In this document: one piece after another, positions 15,456-30,400 of the stretch
Numbering within the stretch: the first letter of the stretch is position 1
How the letters are laid out: the number at the start of each line of letters is the position of its first letter
From: Piromyces finnis finn
Lineage: Eukaryota; Fungi; Neocallimastigomycota
Length of the DNA: 64,000 bases
NCBI GenBank assembly: GCA_002104945.1
Contig: MCFH01000027.1
Span: forward strand, 434,001 to 498,000
Direction: 5' to 3'
The notes under the pieces: generated by a model
Databases searched by the model: none
The model's input: only the letters and a program-made list of their open reading frames with translations
What the model was told of the DNA's origin: nothing
Program-made: the position numbers and the translations under genes

Positions 15456-17267
15456 TTATTAATACTACTAATGCTATTACTAATGATGATGAATGAACAA
15501 ATTGAATATATTGAATACTGTAAATTACTGTAAATTATAATCTATTTATAAACTTTATCTTTTTTTTTTTTTTAATTTTATTCTATGGATAATGTAAAGT
15601 TGGAAGATTAATTCAATTTAAATTGCAATACATTGATATTAATTATTTAACCTAATTTCATCATATATTATTTTATATTAACAAAGAAATTTATATATTT
15701 TTATTAAAAAAGTCTCAATTTATTCAAAAAAAAAAAAAAAAAAGAGAATTGAAATTTGAATTAGTTGAGTAACTTATGAAAAGCATTTATAATTATAATA
15801 ATTATAGTGTCGAAGGATAATCTTACAATATGTTATATTCTATAAATAATTACTTTTTGTAATCTTGAATACAATTAAACTATTTATGGCTTTTTTTTTC
15901 TCAATACAAATGAATCTTTATATCATTTCTTTAGAAATAGATTTGTTTTTTAGAGATTGCATCATTAAAATATAAACAAATGTTAATGTAGCATCTTTAT
16001 AAAGATATTTTTCTTTTTTAGTTTTTTTATTCATTCTTTTGTCATTCTTTTTATAACTAAAAAATGAATTATTATTGCCAATGTTAAAACTAATTTCATA
16101 ATAATCATGCTATTTGATAAAAAAAAAAGATATTATCTTTTCTTTATATTTTTCTTTTTAAATATTATTTTATTTTTTGACTTTTGTTAATGTTATAAAA
16201 GAAGCAGTAAAACTATTTTTTTTTTAACTAGTTAAAATACTATTAAAAAGTTTTTTATTTTTTCAAAGTCAGTTTTTTTTAAATATTTTATTGTAAAAAT
16301 TTAATTTTACCAAAATAAAAATTTTTTATTAAAAAGAAATTAAAAATTTTTTTAGAATAATAGAAAAATCTATTTCTCTGAAAAAGGCAAAAAAATGTTT
16401 TAAAATATTTTAATTTTTATAGTTAAAAAATTTTAAAAATTCATTTTTTTTTGGTGAAAGGAGGGGAGGAGGGGAGGGAAGGAAATAAAAGAACATGAAG
16501 CAAGGAAAAGAAAGATTACCATAACATAATAAAAGCATGAATATTTTTTTTACTAAACATTCTTTATATTTCTATTAAAATAAAAAACTATTATTCCAAA
16601 AATGTTTTTTTTTTTTGAAATAAACTTGTTAAAAATTTTCTTTCCTATGAAAAATTTAAATATTATTAATGATAATACTTTATAATAATAATTATAACTT
16701 AATATTTTAACCATTCTAACTCTCATCATAACCACCATCATAACCATTACCACAAGTATTGCTATCAGCATCCTATTCCTCATCTTTTTTTCGAAGAGAA
16801 ATTTCAAAAAAATCAATATTTACATATATTTCAACATATATTACAAATGTATTATTCATAAATTAATATATATTTATGAATAAATATATGCATATATTAT
16901 AATAAACTATCTTTGAATTGTTAATAGAAAATAGAAAAGATAATTAATAATATATAATAAATAAAGTATTAATATATTATTTTAATATATTTTTTAATTT
17001 ATAATTAAAAAATCATTTGATAAATAATTTATATTATTGATATAAAATTATATATATATAATAAATAAGTAATATATATAATCTATATAATACTTAAATT
17101 AAATAAACATAATTAATTTAATAATAATTAAATTCAAATACATAATATTATATATATTAACATATTATAATATATAATAGAATAAATTCAATTTTAATTA
17201 TGAATTTATTTAAAATAACCTTAATTATTATTAAAATGAATTTTTATCAACGAAATGTAAAAATATG

Positions 17268-17269
17268 AA

Positions 17270-17348
<79 letters not shown>

Positions 17349-17427
17349 ATCAATAATAACTACTAATGAATGAATAAATAAATAAATAAATAAATAAATA
17401 AATCAATAATAACTACTAATGAATGAA

Positions 17428-17470
<43 letters not shown>

Positions 17471-17500
17471 ATCAATCAATAATAACTACTAATGAATGAA

Positions 17501-17551
<51 letters not shown>

Positions 17552-17581
17552 ATCAATCAATAATAACTACTAATGAATGAA

Positions 17582-17656
<75 letters not shown>

Positions 17657-17706
17657 ATCAATAATAACTACTAATGAATGAATGAATGAATAAATAAATA
17701 AATAAA
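17268..17706. repeat. Compound minisatellite: CAATAATAACTACTAATGAATG x5, separated by variable-length (AAAT)n
   Basis: Unit starts at ~17351, 17404, 17477, 17558 and 17659. Confidence 0.92.
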
Positions 17707-18672
17707 TTTAACATTTTATTTTATTTTAAAAATAAAAAAAAATTAAATATTTTTTCGAAACAAAAAAAAAAAAAAAAAGATTAAAAGTTCATTCCTAATT
17801 TTTCTTTTTTCTTTTTTTTTGTTTAGATTTAATTAATAATTAATATCATTCATCAAATTCATTTTTAATAATACTATCCACTTTAAAATATATTCTATAG
17901 AAACATAGATATTAATTATTAATTATTTTAGATTATTAATTATTTTTGTTTTTATTATATTTTTTTTTTGTTCATCGACTATTTGGAAAGGATTATCATC
18001 AATACCATTTTTAATAAAATTAATATTAAACAATAGCTATATGATTGAAATACGAAGATAAACTCTTTATTAAATACAACAATTTCTAGGTCCAATTTAA
18101 TATAATTCAAAAGTAATAGACCATTTAATATAAACGTAAGATCAAATACTCTTGTATCTATAAAAATTAATAATTATTATCCTTTTTGTACAATAAAAAA
18201 TGGAAAATAAAAATGGAGTGTAGACAATAGAACAGGAATCAATTACTTTTAAATATATAAAAATAATACTTTATATGAAAAATCAAAATCTTTTCATTTT
18301 TATATATATATATAAATAGTTAGACAATTATCCTATATAATATTAATAAAAGAAAATATATACAAGAACTACTTTTTTTTTTTTTTACCTTTAAAAGTAA
18401 ATTAATTTTATACTAATCCTCTACAATTTTTTAAATACTTTATTTTAGTATTCAAATATTAATAATAATAATAAAAGCGACTATAATATACAAACTATTT
18501 TATTCTAAAGGTGAATAGAAAAAACAGAAAATTATAACTTTTTTTTTTTAAATTTTCAATTTTTTAATAACAATTTAATTATTAAAAATACAATTAATAC
18601 TCTTAATCATAATAATTTTCAAAAATTTGAAAATCCTAATTTATCATTTTAAAAAAAATAAAGGAATATAAA

Positions 18673-21600
18673 ATGGCAAATTATGGTCAAATGTCAATGA
18701 ATAACCTTGGTATGAATATGAATACCATAGGTATGTCAATCAATAATAGTAATAATAGTAATAATAATAATAACAGTACAGTTCAAGTCAATGGAATAAA
18801 TAATATTGCTCTTCCAACAAGAGTCAATGTAATAAATAATCCTATTGCTGTAGGCAATACAGCTACAACTACTATAAGAAATGTTAATGGTAATTATGGT
18901 ATGGTTAATATTGCAAATCAAAATGTTGCTAATTATCAAATAAGAGGTGGTACAAATACTACAGCTACTGCTGTAGGTACTAATAGAATAGTTGGTGCAA
19001 ATGGTATAACCTATACTAGTGTTAATCCAACTCTTTTACAACAACGTGTAGCGACTCAAATTCCTGGTCCAAATGTTTATAACGCCTATACTCTAAATAC
19101 TAATCTTGTTAATATTGGAAAGAAAAGTGTTGATAATGTCAGTCCAATGAGTAGTTCCACTACTACAAATACTGCTACTATAAATAATATTGGTCAAAGA
19201 TTAATTCAAACTTATGCTACTGCGAATACAACGAACCTTCAAACTACTCAATTACAAAAACCACTTCAAATTAATACAATTCAGCCACAAAATTATCAAT
19301 TATTAAATCAAAACACAGTACTGACACCAACAAAAATAACAACACCAACTTTAATACAACCTCCACAACCAAAAGGTAGTATTACTACTCCAGTTCAATC
19401 CACTGGTGCTGTAAATCTTCCAAAGAAGATTAAAAGTGAAACTTTAGCCACACAAGGATCATTAACAACTCCAGGATCTTTATCTACACCAGGATCTTTA
19501 ACTACATCAGGATTAACTACACCTGCAGGATCTTTAACCAAAAATAATGCTACCACTACTGTTAATGATAATAACATAAGTCAAACACCAATTAAAACTA
19601 TTAAAAAAGATTCTATTACTACACCAGTACCTACTACTACTACTACTAATGCTTCTTTAACAACATTAACACCAAATTCCGATGGTTCTAACGAAGCTTC
19701 TAAACTTTCTACTACTACTTTGAAGGAATCTATTAAAAGTGAAAAGACAGATGCAAAAACTACTGGTGCTGCAAAATCAGCTTTAGCTACACCTATTACA
19801 GAAACGAAGGATGTTAAGAAAACACAGTTACCAACAGCCATTAACACAACCACTGCTACATCCTCTTCCATCGCTCAACCGCAAAGTGCAGGACTTGTAA
19901 CACCAACTACCGGAAGTGTAACCTATCCAGTGGTAAATGCAAGTAATTTAGTAGCTACGGGAACATCCAATAATGGTATCACTAATCCATTAACCTATAA
20001 TCAAGGTAATTATAATTTTATTTCTATAGTATTAAATGTACCACAAATTTTTTTTCAAAAATTAACAATTAAGGTTAAGCAATAGAATGAATGAAAATAA
20101 ATAGTTTAATTTTGGGAAGGGTTTTGAAAAATGAAGTTAATCTAATGATAATATTAAGCAATAAAAAAAATTTATTTTTAGATATAAATATAAATTAAAA
20201 ATAAATTAAATTTAAATTAATTATAAATAATAATTTAGTCCTATAAAAATAGAATTAATTTAAAAAGTAATATAAAATTTAATATAAACAATTCAAAGTT
20301 ATAATTAAAAGAGATACATGATGAGGGTTAATATCAAAATACCAGAAAAATTTACAGCAATAAACATTTAATTTAGTGTAAATGAATGTCTATTTAAGAA
20401 GAAAGTTTTCTCTTTAAAAAATTTCTATTTTTTAAAGTAGTATACAAAAAAAGAATATTTTATGATTAATTTATTTATTAATACATTATCATAGAAATAT
20501 TTGTTAGTACACCAACAAAAATACTATTCAATATTTTGTATATTAATTTAAAAAAGGAAATCACTAATATATTAATAGAGTCTATTGATTTTTAAAAGAT
20601 TATTTGTAGAAACAACAGTTTTTTTTTAAATTAATATATAAAATATACATTTGAAACTTTTATATTTTTTATTTTTTTTAAAAAAAAACACACACATATT
20701 CATGCAAACAAATTTCATTAATTTTATGAAATAGATATTAATAAATATAGTTTAGATTTTTAATTTTTATTTTTATAGAAAAATTATGTATTTTTATTAA
20801 ACTACATAGTTTATAGTACTTTAGTTGATCAAACAAACTAATCGTAAATATTTATAATATTTTTGACTTTATAATATTCTTGACATCCTAATTTTTGTAA
20901 ATAGGACAAACAATGTATCAAAAGCAATATATTACTACACCAACTGCTATTAGTTATCCACAAACAACAGTTGCTAATAACTATCAAATTAATAAATCAT
21001 ATTATACAAATGGAACAAATCCAACATATATTAATCCAATTGCTGTAAAAACAATCAATGGTAATACAGCAGTTGGTGTTCAACAACCTGCTGGTATGAC
21101 ACAAAAATATTACACCATCGCTAATGGTGCTTATAACAATACTAATGGAACAGTACAAACTGGTATTAAAACTCTAAATCCTGCAACTGCCTCAGTTTCA
21201 TATGCTGTTGGTAATAATCAAAAATATGTTATTTCAAATCCAATGACCAATACAACTGTATTAAATAATCGTATTCAAAATGTCGGACAATATTCAACTT
21301 TGAATAATCCAATAACAAATGTTTATCAAGTATCAAATAATAATACTGTTAAAATGAATGGATATATACCAAATAATGGTCAAGTTGTTATGAATACAAT
21401 GAATAATGGCCAAGTTTCTTATGTAAAAGTTAATCCAACAGCAGTTAATGGTAATGTCATGAATAATCCATCAAATATGATCAATTATAACAATACAGGT
21501 TCTACACTTGTTAATAATGCTACTTCAACCACCAATCCATATCTTAATAAAACCAATCTTTCAAATCCAAATCTTATGACTGGAGGTGTGAATGGTAGTT

Positions 21601-22481
21601 TTGTAAAACCATTAAATCCAAATCCAAGTCAAATATCACCATTCCTTTTAACTCCACCAACCACCACCACCACATCATCTCGTCGTCGTTCCGATATTTT
21701 AAGACCACCAAATCCATTTATTTTATATCGTCAAGAACATCATTCTAAAGTTCTTGCTGAACATGAAGGTATCAGTAACACTGAAATTTCAAAGATTATT
21801 GGAAAAATGTGGAAGAATGAATCTGAAGAAGTAAAGAATAAGTATAAGGAAAAAGCACAAGAAATGAAGAGACGTCACAAATTAATGTACCCAGATTATA
21901 GATTTGCTCCACGTAAACAAGAAGAAATTAGAAGAAGAAAAAAGAGAAAGAATATTACTCCACCAGAAAATGAAAAGAAGGATGAAGACGCAAAGGATAA
22001 TAACAATGAAGAAAAGAAGGAAGATAACAAAGATGAAAATTCAAGTGAACCTATTGAAAATGCGAAGAAGAAGTTAAAGACTGAAGATACTACCACCACC
22101 GCTACTGATTCAAAGAAGGAAATAAATTCATTGGAAGACTTTAACCCAGCCAAGAATTTAATTCATGATGAAATTACCACACCAGTAGAGGATGAAACTT
22201 TATTAGCTGCTACTACCTCTAAATCAAATATACCTGTAACTAGCAATGAATCATCAAGTAATATAATTACATCCAATTCTTTATTTAGTTTAGATTCAAC
22301 ATTAGATTCCAGTTTAACTAATATAAATTCATTTGATATTGAAAACTTTGATATAGCTGAAGATAATAGTTTTATTGATAATTATTTAAGTTTTAATTCT
22401 AACCATACCTTCCAAACCACATCTGATTCCATGTTTAATCAATTAACCGACTTATTAAATACAACTACAGGAAAGAAGTAA
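18673..22481 (+). CDS. MATA_HMG/SOX-type HMG-box transcription factor (~969 aa) with a long N/T/Q-rich N-terminus
   Basis: Exons 18673-20005 and 20905-22481 join in frame (CAA G|GA CAA) across an 899-bp intron. HMG box RPPNPFILYRQEHH...ISNTEISKIIGKMWKNESEEVKNKYKEKAQEMKRRHKLMYPDYRFAPRK, followed by a basic NLS-like stretch RRRKKRK. Confidence 0.9.
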
Positions 22482-23471
22482 ATTGGCAAGTTAAATTAAC
22501 AATTCGACATTTTTAACCAATATAATTTTTATAATGAGTAAAATAAAAAAAAGAAAAAGGCGAAATATAAAGAAAAGTAAAAAAAAAAAAAGATTAATAT
22601 ATTATTCTTTTTTTTTTTTTTTTTTTAATTTTTATTATTCCTTTTTCTTTTTTTATTTTCGTAATTAATTTTAGTATTTTTTTTTATTCTATTTATTCAT
22701 AATTTGATAAAGACAAAAAAAAAAAAAAAGAAAGAAAGAAAAACGAATAATATTCGTTAAATATATAAATAAATAAATAACCAAAGGAAAAAATTTTTCT
22801 TATTTAGTTATTTATTGTATATACATTAATATTCAAAATTTTATTATAATTTTTTTTTTTTTTTAAAAAAAGACATGTAAAAGAATTTATGAATTAACAT
22901 CATTAGTAAATAACGCATATTTTTCTTTTCTTTTTTTTTCTAATATAAAAAAAATAATATTGACAAGCAATATATTTTGAAAGTATATATATATATATAT
23001 ATAAAACTAAACAAATAAAATAATAATTAAAAAAAAAAAAAGAAATGTTTTTTTAAAGTGTAACTAGAGTAGGTAGTAAAGGCAAGAGAGAGTTTGTGTG
23101 TATTATTTTTTGATGTTATTGGTCAATGGATTAAAGTTTTATTTCAAATAAAAATTTTAAAAAAAGTTAAATTACAAATGAATTACACACACACGCCCAC
23201 TACAAATCCCATAAAAATAGAATAAAAAAAAAAAAAAGGAATATTGAATATTTAGGATATTTCAATTGTCGTCTTTTATTTTCTCTTTCTTTTTTTTTTT
23301 AGTTTATTTTAAAAAAAAAAAAAAAAAAAAAATTTATTTTATATATAAATCATTTAAAAAAATTTTAAAAATATGATTGGATATAAAATAAAAAAATTTA
23401 AATTTTTGAATTTTGAAATTTTTTTTTTTTAAATTTTTGTATTTTTATATTTATTAGCATAATATTAAGAA

Positions 23472-25220
23472 ATGTGTGGAAGAACTTCAAATCAAGTTGT
23501 ATGTTTTCCTTTTTTTAAAAGGGCAAAACTAAAAACGAAAATATATATAAAAAAAGAATATATATAATATATATATTAATATTAATATTGTTATTTACAA
23601 AGTGAAATATATTGAAATTTTTTAATTATTATTATTATTTTTTTTAAATTATATTTTTTTTTTTATATTTTATTTAATATATTCAATATATATATTGATA
23701 TACACCTACAATACTTATCATGCCAATAATATAATAATAATAATAATAATAAAAATAAAAAAGGATATTAAAGAAATTGAAACTCAACTTCAATGTCAAT
23801 GTGCTAACCCAGAAAAATATAAACCAAAATTTAATGTTGCTCCAACCGATTTTCAACCAGCTTTAGTTTGTGACACCAAACTTAATAAATCCATTAAAAT
23901 TATGGTAAAGTAAAAAAAATAAATAAAAAAAAAAAAAGTAAATTCAATGAACCAATGAATTTTTCTTTTTCTTTTTTTCTTTTCTTTTTTTTTTTTTTCT
24001 TTTCAATAAATATATAGTATAAAAAATATTATCTTTTATTGGAATATATAAATTTTTATTCCATTGATTTTTTAATATCATATATATTGGACTATGTTAA
24101 AACAACTATTTAACCTAACAATTTTTTTTTTTATTATTATCATTATTTTTTTTTCTGTCTTTTTTTTTTTTTTTTTCTTATCAATAATAAATCGAAATAG
24201 AAATGGGGTTTCATTCCTTCTTGGTCAAACAAAAATAAAAATAATGATACCAAAACTATAAAGGCTATCAACGCTAGAGCCGAATCCTTACTTGGTCAAC
24301 AAGTAATTTTTTTTTTCTTTTTTTTTTTTTTTTTTAATAAATTGTAATTTATTATTAAAAAGAGTTTTAAATATATAGATTTACAATATACATAATATTT
24401 ATACAAACTTTTTTTATAAAAAAAAAAAACAAATTTTGAAATCTTGAAATCTTGAAATTTTGAAATCTTGATTTTATTTTTTTTTTTTAACAATTTCATT
24501 TCATTAAATTCTCAACATATCAATTCTCTTATACCAATAGCAATTATTTAGAAGAGTTAAACAAAATCAAAGATGTGTTATTGTTGCTACTGGTTATTAT
24601 GAATGGAAAAAGGAAGAAAACAAAAAAGTACCATACTATGTTTCTTACAAGGATGGAAAATTATTAAAATTAGCTGCTGTTTATGATATCTTAAAACAAG
24701 AAGATGGTAAGAAATAATAAATATATATAAAAATTGAATTAAAATTAAATATTTTAAAGAAAAAAAAATAAATAATAAATATTATACTAAAATAATTCAT
24801 ATAATGATTATATTTCATTTTATATATAATATATATTTATATTATTTTTTTTATTTAATATTAAAAAAAAATTATCAATAAATAGGAACTGAATTATATA
24901 CTTATGCCAGTAAGTTTAATTTTATTAAAGAGAAAACGTTTTATAAGAAACGAAGAATTAAAATAAATAAATAAATAAGCAGATTTATATATTAAACTTT
25001 TATATATATACATATTTTTAATTAAATATATTATAGTTGTTACTACTAAATGTAGTGAATCCTTATCCTTTTTACACCCACGTATGCCAGTTATTTTAAA
25101 TAATGATCTTGATATTATGAATTGGGTTAACCCAAGAAACGGTTTTAACAAAGTAAAGGATCTTATGAAATCCACTGAATTAAATGATAACCTTCAATGG
25201 TACATACATATAGGAATCTA

Positions 25221-25251
<31 letters not shown>

Positions 25252-25760
25252 GATTTAATTATAAATTATAGGAAGAGGAATTTTTTTTTTTTTTTTTTTT
25301 TTTTTTACTAATTTATATTTTAATCTTATAATATTATCATTGTCATATTAGTTATCGTGTTTCTTCTGATGTTAACAAGGTTGAAAATCAATCTTCAGAT
25401 TTAATTGTTGAAGTTAAGGAAGAAAATGTTGAAAAGAAACCAGAAAATAAAAGTATTACTGATTTCTTTGGTAAGAAAAGTGATGAAGAAGTTAAAAAGG
25501 TTGATACTGATGTAAAGAAAGAAGAAAATGAAGTTAAAGAAGAAGAAGATGCCAAAGAAAATGATGTTAAAATGGAAGAAGTTAAAGAAGAAGAAAAACC
25601 AACTCCAAAACCAACCCCAAAATCAAAGCCAAAGCCAAAAGCTACTAAAGGAAAACAAAATAATGTTAAAAAGCCTGCAGCATCAACTAATAAATCTGCT
25701 GGTCAAAAGAGAAAGATGATGAATAAAAATACCAATGCTAAAAAAGCTAAAACTCAATAG
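23472..25760 (+). CDS. HMCES: SRAP-domain abasic-site processing protein (HMCES/YedK family)
   Basis: Starts MCGR (catalytic Cys2). Spliced exons encode FNVAPT, KWGFIPSW, INARAES, RCVIVATGYYEWK, TYAIVTT, LHPRMPVIL and YRVSSDVN, then a Lys/Glu-rich tail ending KKAKTQ at 25760. Confidence 0.92.
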
Positions 25761-26071
25761 ATTTAAAAAAGGGAATAAAAAAAAATATTATTATTTTTAT
25801 TATTTACACCATGGTATAACTAATAATAATAATTATGAAAAAAGATTAAAGTTAATATTTATATTTAAATATATTCACACATATATATTCAATTTTTTTT
25901 TTTTTCTTATAAGTATTTTATAATATAGATAGAATTTATTATTTTTATTTTTTTTTAACGTAATATATATAAATAAATTTTTTTTTTTTTTTTTATTTTT
26001 ATTTTTTTTTTTTTTATTATTAACGATAACAAATATATTGAAACCTTTTAAAAAATCTAAATACATTATAT

Positions 26072-26109
<38 letters not shown>

Positions 26110-26167
26110 TTAAAATTAAAATTTAATAAGAAGGAATAATGTGTTTGTATATGGTTTTGTTAAATTT

Positions 26168-26202
<35 letters not shown>

Positions 26203-26989
26203 GGGTTACATTCAAATACTCAATCTATTTGAGTATACTAGGGAATGAAGTGTATAAGCATATTTTCTATCTATCATTTTAATAATTTTAGTTAAAAAAA
26301 AAACTCTTTAAAAGATCTTTGATAAATATAATTTTTTTTTTTTTTTTAACAATTTAATATAATTTATTTATACTTAAAAAAAAAAAAAAAGTACTACAGG
26401 AAATGCTACGGAAAGACAAGTTTCCTCCTCTTTCCTATTCATACTTTTTTTTTTTTTCAATAATGCTATAAAGATTTAAATTGCTATAATCAATATAATT
26501 TCAAAAAAAAAAAAAAAAAAAATTGTATTTATCAAAGATCTCTTTTTATTTTTATCTTTATTTTAAAAAGTAATAAACTTTTCCTAAAGTCAATTTTATA
26601 ATGAATATATTATTATAAATATTTTATGAATTCTAGTATATTATTCTTTCAATAGATTTTATACGCTGTAAGTATAATTATTAGGATTATTTTTGACAAG
26701 ATTAAATTAGGAAAATATTGTGAAAAGTCAAGCTTCCTTCATTTTCTTAATAATATTCGCTTAGAAAATAAAATATACTTTTTTTATACTTTAAAAAAAA
26801 AAGAAAAAAAATACTAATAATTTTATTATTAAATTTAAGTGTTTATAACTTTATTATTTTTTATAAAATATTAATTTCAATATATATATTTAAAATTATA
26901 TAAACATAATAAAGATCTTTTATATATTAATGGTGATTCTCTAGTACGCAATACAGAAGATTTCATATATAAATCTTATAATATTCTCT

Positions 26990-27148
26990 TTTAAGTTCGA
27001 GTTCGCCATGTAACGTATTGAAAGGGGATCTTCTTTTCTGAAGCATGGTAAGAAAAGACAATATCTTTGGAATTAGGTTGACTGAAAAAATTTAATAGCT
27101 GGACTATGGGAATTGTAATGTTTAATACGGCGGATATCTCTAAATGTT
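26990..27148 (-). pseudogene. 3' fragment of an older, diverged copy of the LINE (left half of the interrupted target)
   Basis: 27064-27148 aligns by eye to 27963-28043 of the intact element, with substitutions. It ends in the left TSD copy TATCTCTAAATGTT (27135-27148). The outer boundary is approximate. Confidence 0.8.
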
Positions 27149-27412
27149 TTTTTTTTTTTTTTTTTTTTTTAACGGCATCAAATATTTTAAACTTTATTAT
27201 TAATTTAATTAAAATTATAATACATGTAATATAAAAAATTAAAAATAAAAATAAAAATAAAAAAAAATATGTTTAAATAAACACAAATGAATAAAAATTG
27301 GGTATAATGTATTCTAGTAATTTTAATTAAAGTAAGAAAGCCACTATCATACTAAAGTATAATAATTGTATTTGACTTCCAATGGGACACCGAGCCAAAG
27401 ATCAAAATTTTG

Positions 27413-30400
27413 TCATGGAACAAAATTATGATCTCCATTGGTTGCGCTGGCCCTCCTGGCCTGTCTTACTGTTTCTTCAGCATTGACGCTCTTGGATGTT
27501 GCTTCAAACCTTTTGAACATTGACCATTGCTGGCCAATAGCAAAAGGCATGATTTTGGTTAGAAGTTCCGCGGTTACCGTCAAGAATGGTGTTCCTTCAT
27601 TAGTACCAGATTGAATCTGACGCTTACAAAGTTCTTTCCATTCCCTTGAATTGTAATTAATATTGTTAAAACTTCTTCCCCCAAGAAGGAATTTAAATAT
27701 TTTACTGCACACACTAGAATAATCATACACATTAATATTCACCGGATTATTAGAACTATTACTATCATTAACTAAATTACTATCTAAATTAGAATTATTA
27801 TCTTCACTATTGCTATCATTACTAATATTATTATTTCTATTACTATTATTGTTATTATTACTATTGTTATTATTACTATTGTTATTATTACTATTGTTAC
27901 TATTACTATTACTGTTATTGCTATCTCTACCGATATTATCAATTTCATTATTATTGATAGGACTATTGGAATTACGTTGACTGAAAAATTTTAATAGCTG
28001 GACTATGGAATCATAATGTTTAATACGTATATCTCTAAATGTTGGGCAATCTAATAACCAATGTTTAATACTTTGATCTCCACACTTGCAACATGGACAG
28101 TAGTTAGGACAAACTGGATCAACAAATTTGGCAGCTTTGGCAACTCTAGCATCCAACTTGTATCCGCTTCTTGCTTTCAATAGCCAGTAGAAGCCATAGG
28201 CAAACTCTGGGTATTCATAACATAATTTAATAAAATCTTTAGTTTCAATAAATTTATTATCATCATAATATTGCGCTTTGATTGAATTCCCTTTGAGATC
28301 TTTCCAATAAAAGTTTTTAATTGCTTTAATATCTCCATGCTTCTTTAGTTTTTTATCAAGTGTCCTACTTGATTTGCACCATGTGTATTTTCTAAATTTA
28401 GGAATGTAATTGACAAGGTATGAGATAATACAATTTGAGTTTTTCCATTTGTTAAAACATCTAACCTGAGCTAAAGCACATTTGGCTGACAATGGAGGAA
28501 TATTCAAATCTTTTGAGATAGAGTATAAAGATATAAACGATACAGCTTTATGAACTCCGGCAACCCATCGTATTCCTTTGTTAACATGCTTCTGAGCAAT
28601 CCTAGACCTAGCTTTGTTGGATCCAAGTAATGGTGCAAAGTATGAAACTCTGCTAATCACTTGTGAGTTAAGTACTAGCTTTTTGAAGGGAATAGGAATA
28701 TTAGGATTTCTTAAGAATTTACTGACTGAGAAAAGTCCTTTCAAAACCTTGTTATTAAGAGCTTTAATAACTGGTTTAAGGGACAGATTCTTATCAAATG
28801 GAACACCAAGATAAGTATAACAATCAGTAGTTGGAATGGGTTGTCCTGCTAAGTAAAATGTTGGATCTCTCTTGTTCTGATTTTCTATTGATTCAGGACG
28901 AATCACCATCGTTGAACACTTCTGGATACCAAATTCCATTTCATTATACAAGGCCCATTCATTAACTCTTCTAAGCATCTTTTTTAAGCATCCTCTTGTT
29001 GGAGCACAAATAACTATATCAACTGCAAAAAGTCCACCACAGCATCGAGTGTCACCTAAACTGACTCCTAGATCTTCGCACTCTTTAAATATATCATTAA
29101 TAAAGAGATTAAAGAGAATAGGAGAAAGTGGGCAACCTTGACGGACTCCTTTCTTCACATCAAAAGATTTCGAGAATTGTCCATCTAATTTGACATTAGC
29201 CTTAGATGTTAAATATAAATTTTTGATGAATTGTAAACTCTTACCTCGGATTCCTAAACAATCTAATTTATGGAGAATATTACCGATTGGGACTGAATCG
29301 TATGCTTTCCTGAGATCTAAAAAGGCCAAATATGTCTCTTTATTATCTAATTGACGTCTACGGCATATTTCTTGGATTGAAATGAAAAGACTGATACTTT
29401 CTTCCTTTTTTCGAAAACCAAATTGTTCAGGTCTAATGAAATTATTCTTTAGACCATATTCTGAGATTCTAGTGGTGACAATTTTGGAAATCAACTTAAT
29501 ACCATTATTGATAAGTGATATACCTCGATAGTTATCACAATCTGTCAAATCTCCCTTCTTAGGAATAGAAACAATACTGGATTCATTCCATGAGTTGGGG
29601 AAATCTCCATCCCAAATACGGTTGAATAATTTAAGAATAAAATTTAAACCATGAGCATCATTATCTGAAGTGGTATTACCGGAAGAATTATTATCTGTAG
29701 CATTATTAGAATCATTACTTGATGGAATTAATGCTTTGTAAAATTCAATTGGAATACCATCCGGACCTGATGCTTTATAATTTGGAGTAGTGAGGATAGC
29801 TGACTTGACTTCATCAATACTAATATCTTGGTTGATATCCCATTCATCAAGCATAGGAAGTGAAAAACGTTTATTCATTGGTTCTTCATACCAATGCTCC
29901 AAATCAAAACTTACACCACTTGGATCTGATGCAAGGTTTTCGAAATGATCATGCCACACATCTAGTTGTTCTTCCGTAGCAACAACTAATTCTCCATTTT
30001 TATTTTTAATTGGTTGAGCAATAAAGAAAGAATCTTTTCCAATTTTTGCAGTTTTCTTGATCCATTTCCAGGCCTTCTTAGGATTATGACTCTTCATATA
30101 CTCACATCCTGTTTTAATCCAATGAAGATATTCTTGCTTCCTAAATTCATTACATCTTTTGTGGATGTAATCAATGAGTTTACGGTAGATTTTAATTCTT
30201 TTAATAAATTCATCTATATCATAAATTCTTTCTTTTTTAAATCTCTTATACAACTTCATTTTGATTTTTTGAAGATTAAAAATTTGTTGTGAAATATGAA
30301 ATGAAGACTTTATAACATTATTTGCTGAAGTAATACTGAGCTCGTCTGCAATTGAGAAAGCAGTTGAAGTAAACTCTTTGGAAAGTTCATCTGTAGAAAC

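Noticed and set aside
17268-17706. CRISPR-like pattern of a constant unit with variable spacers
   Set aside because: The spacers are only (AAAT)n slippage tracts, the context is eukaryotic, and there are no cas genes
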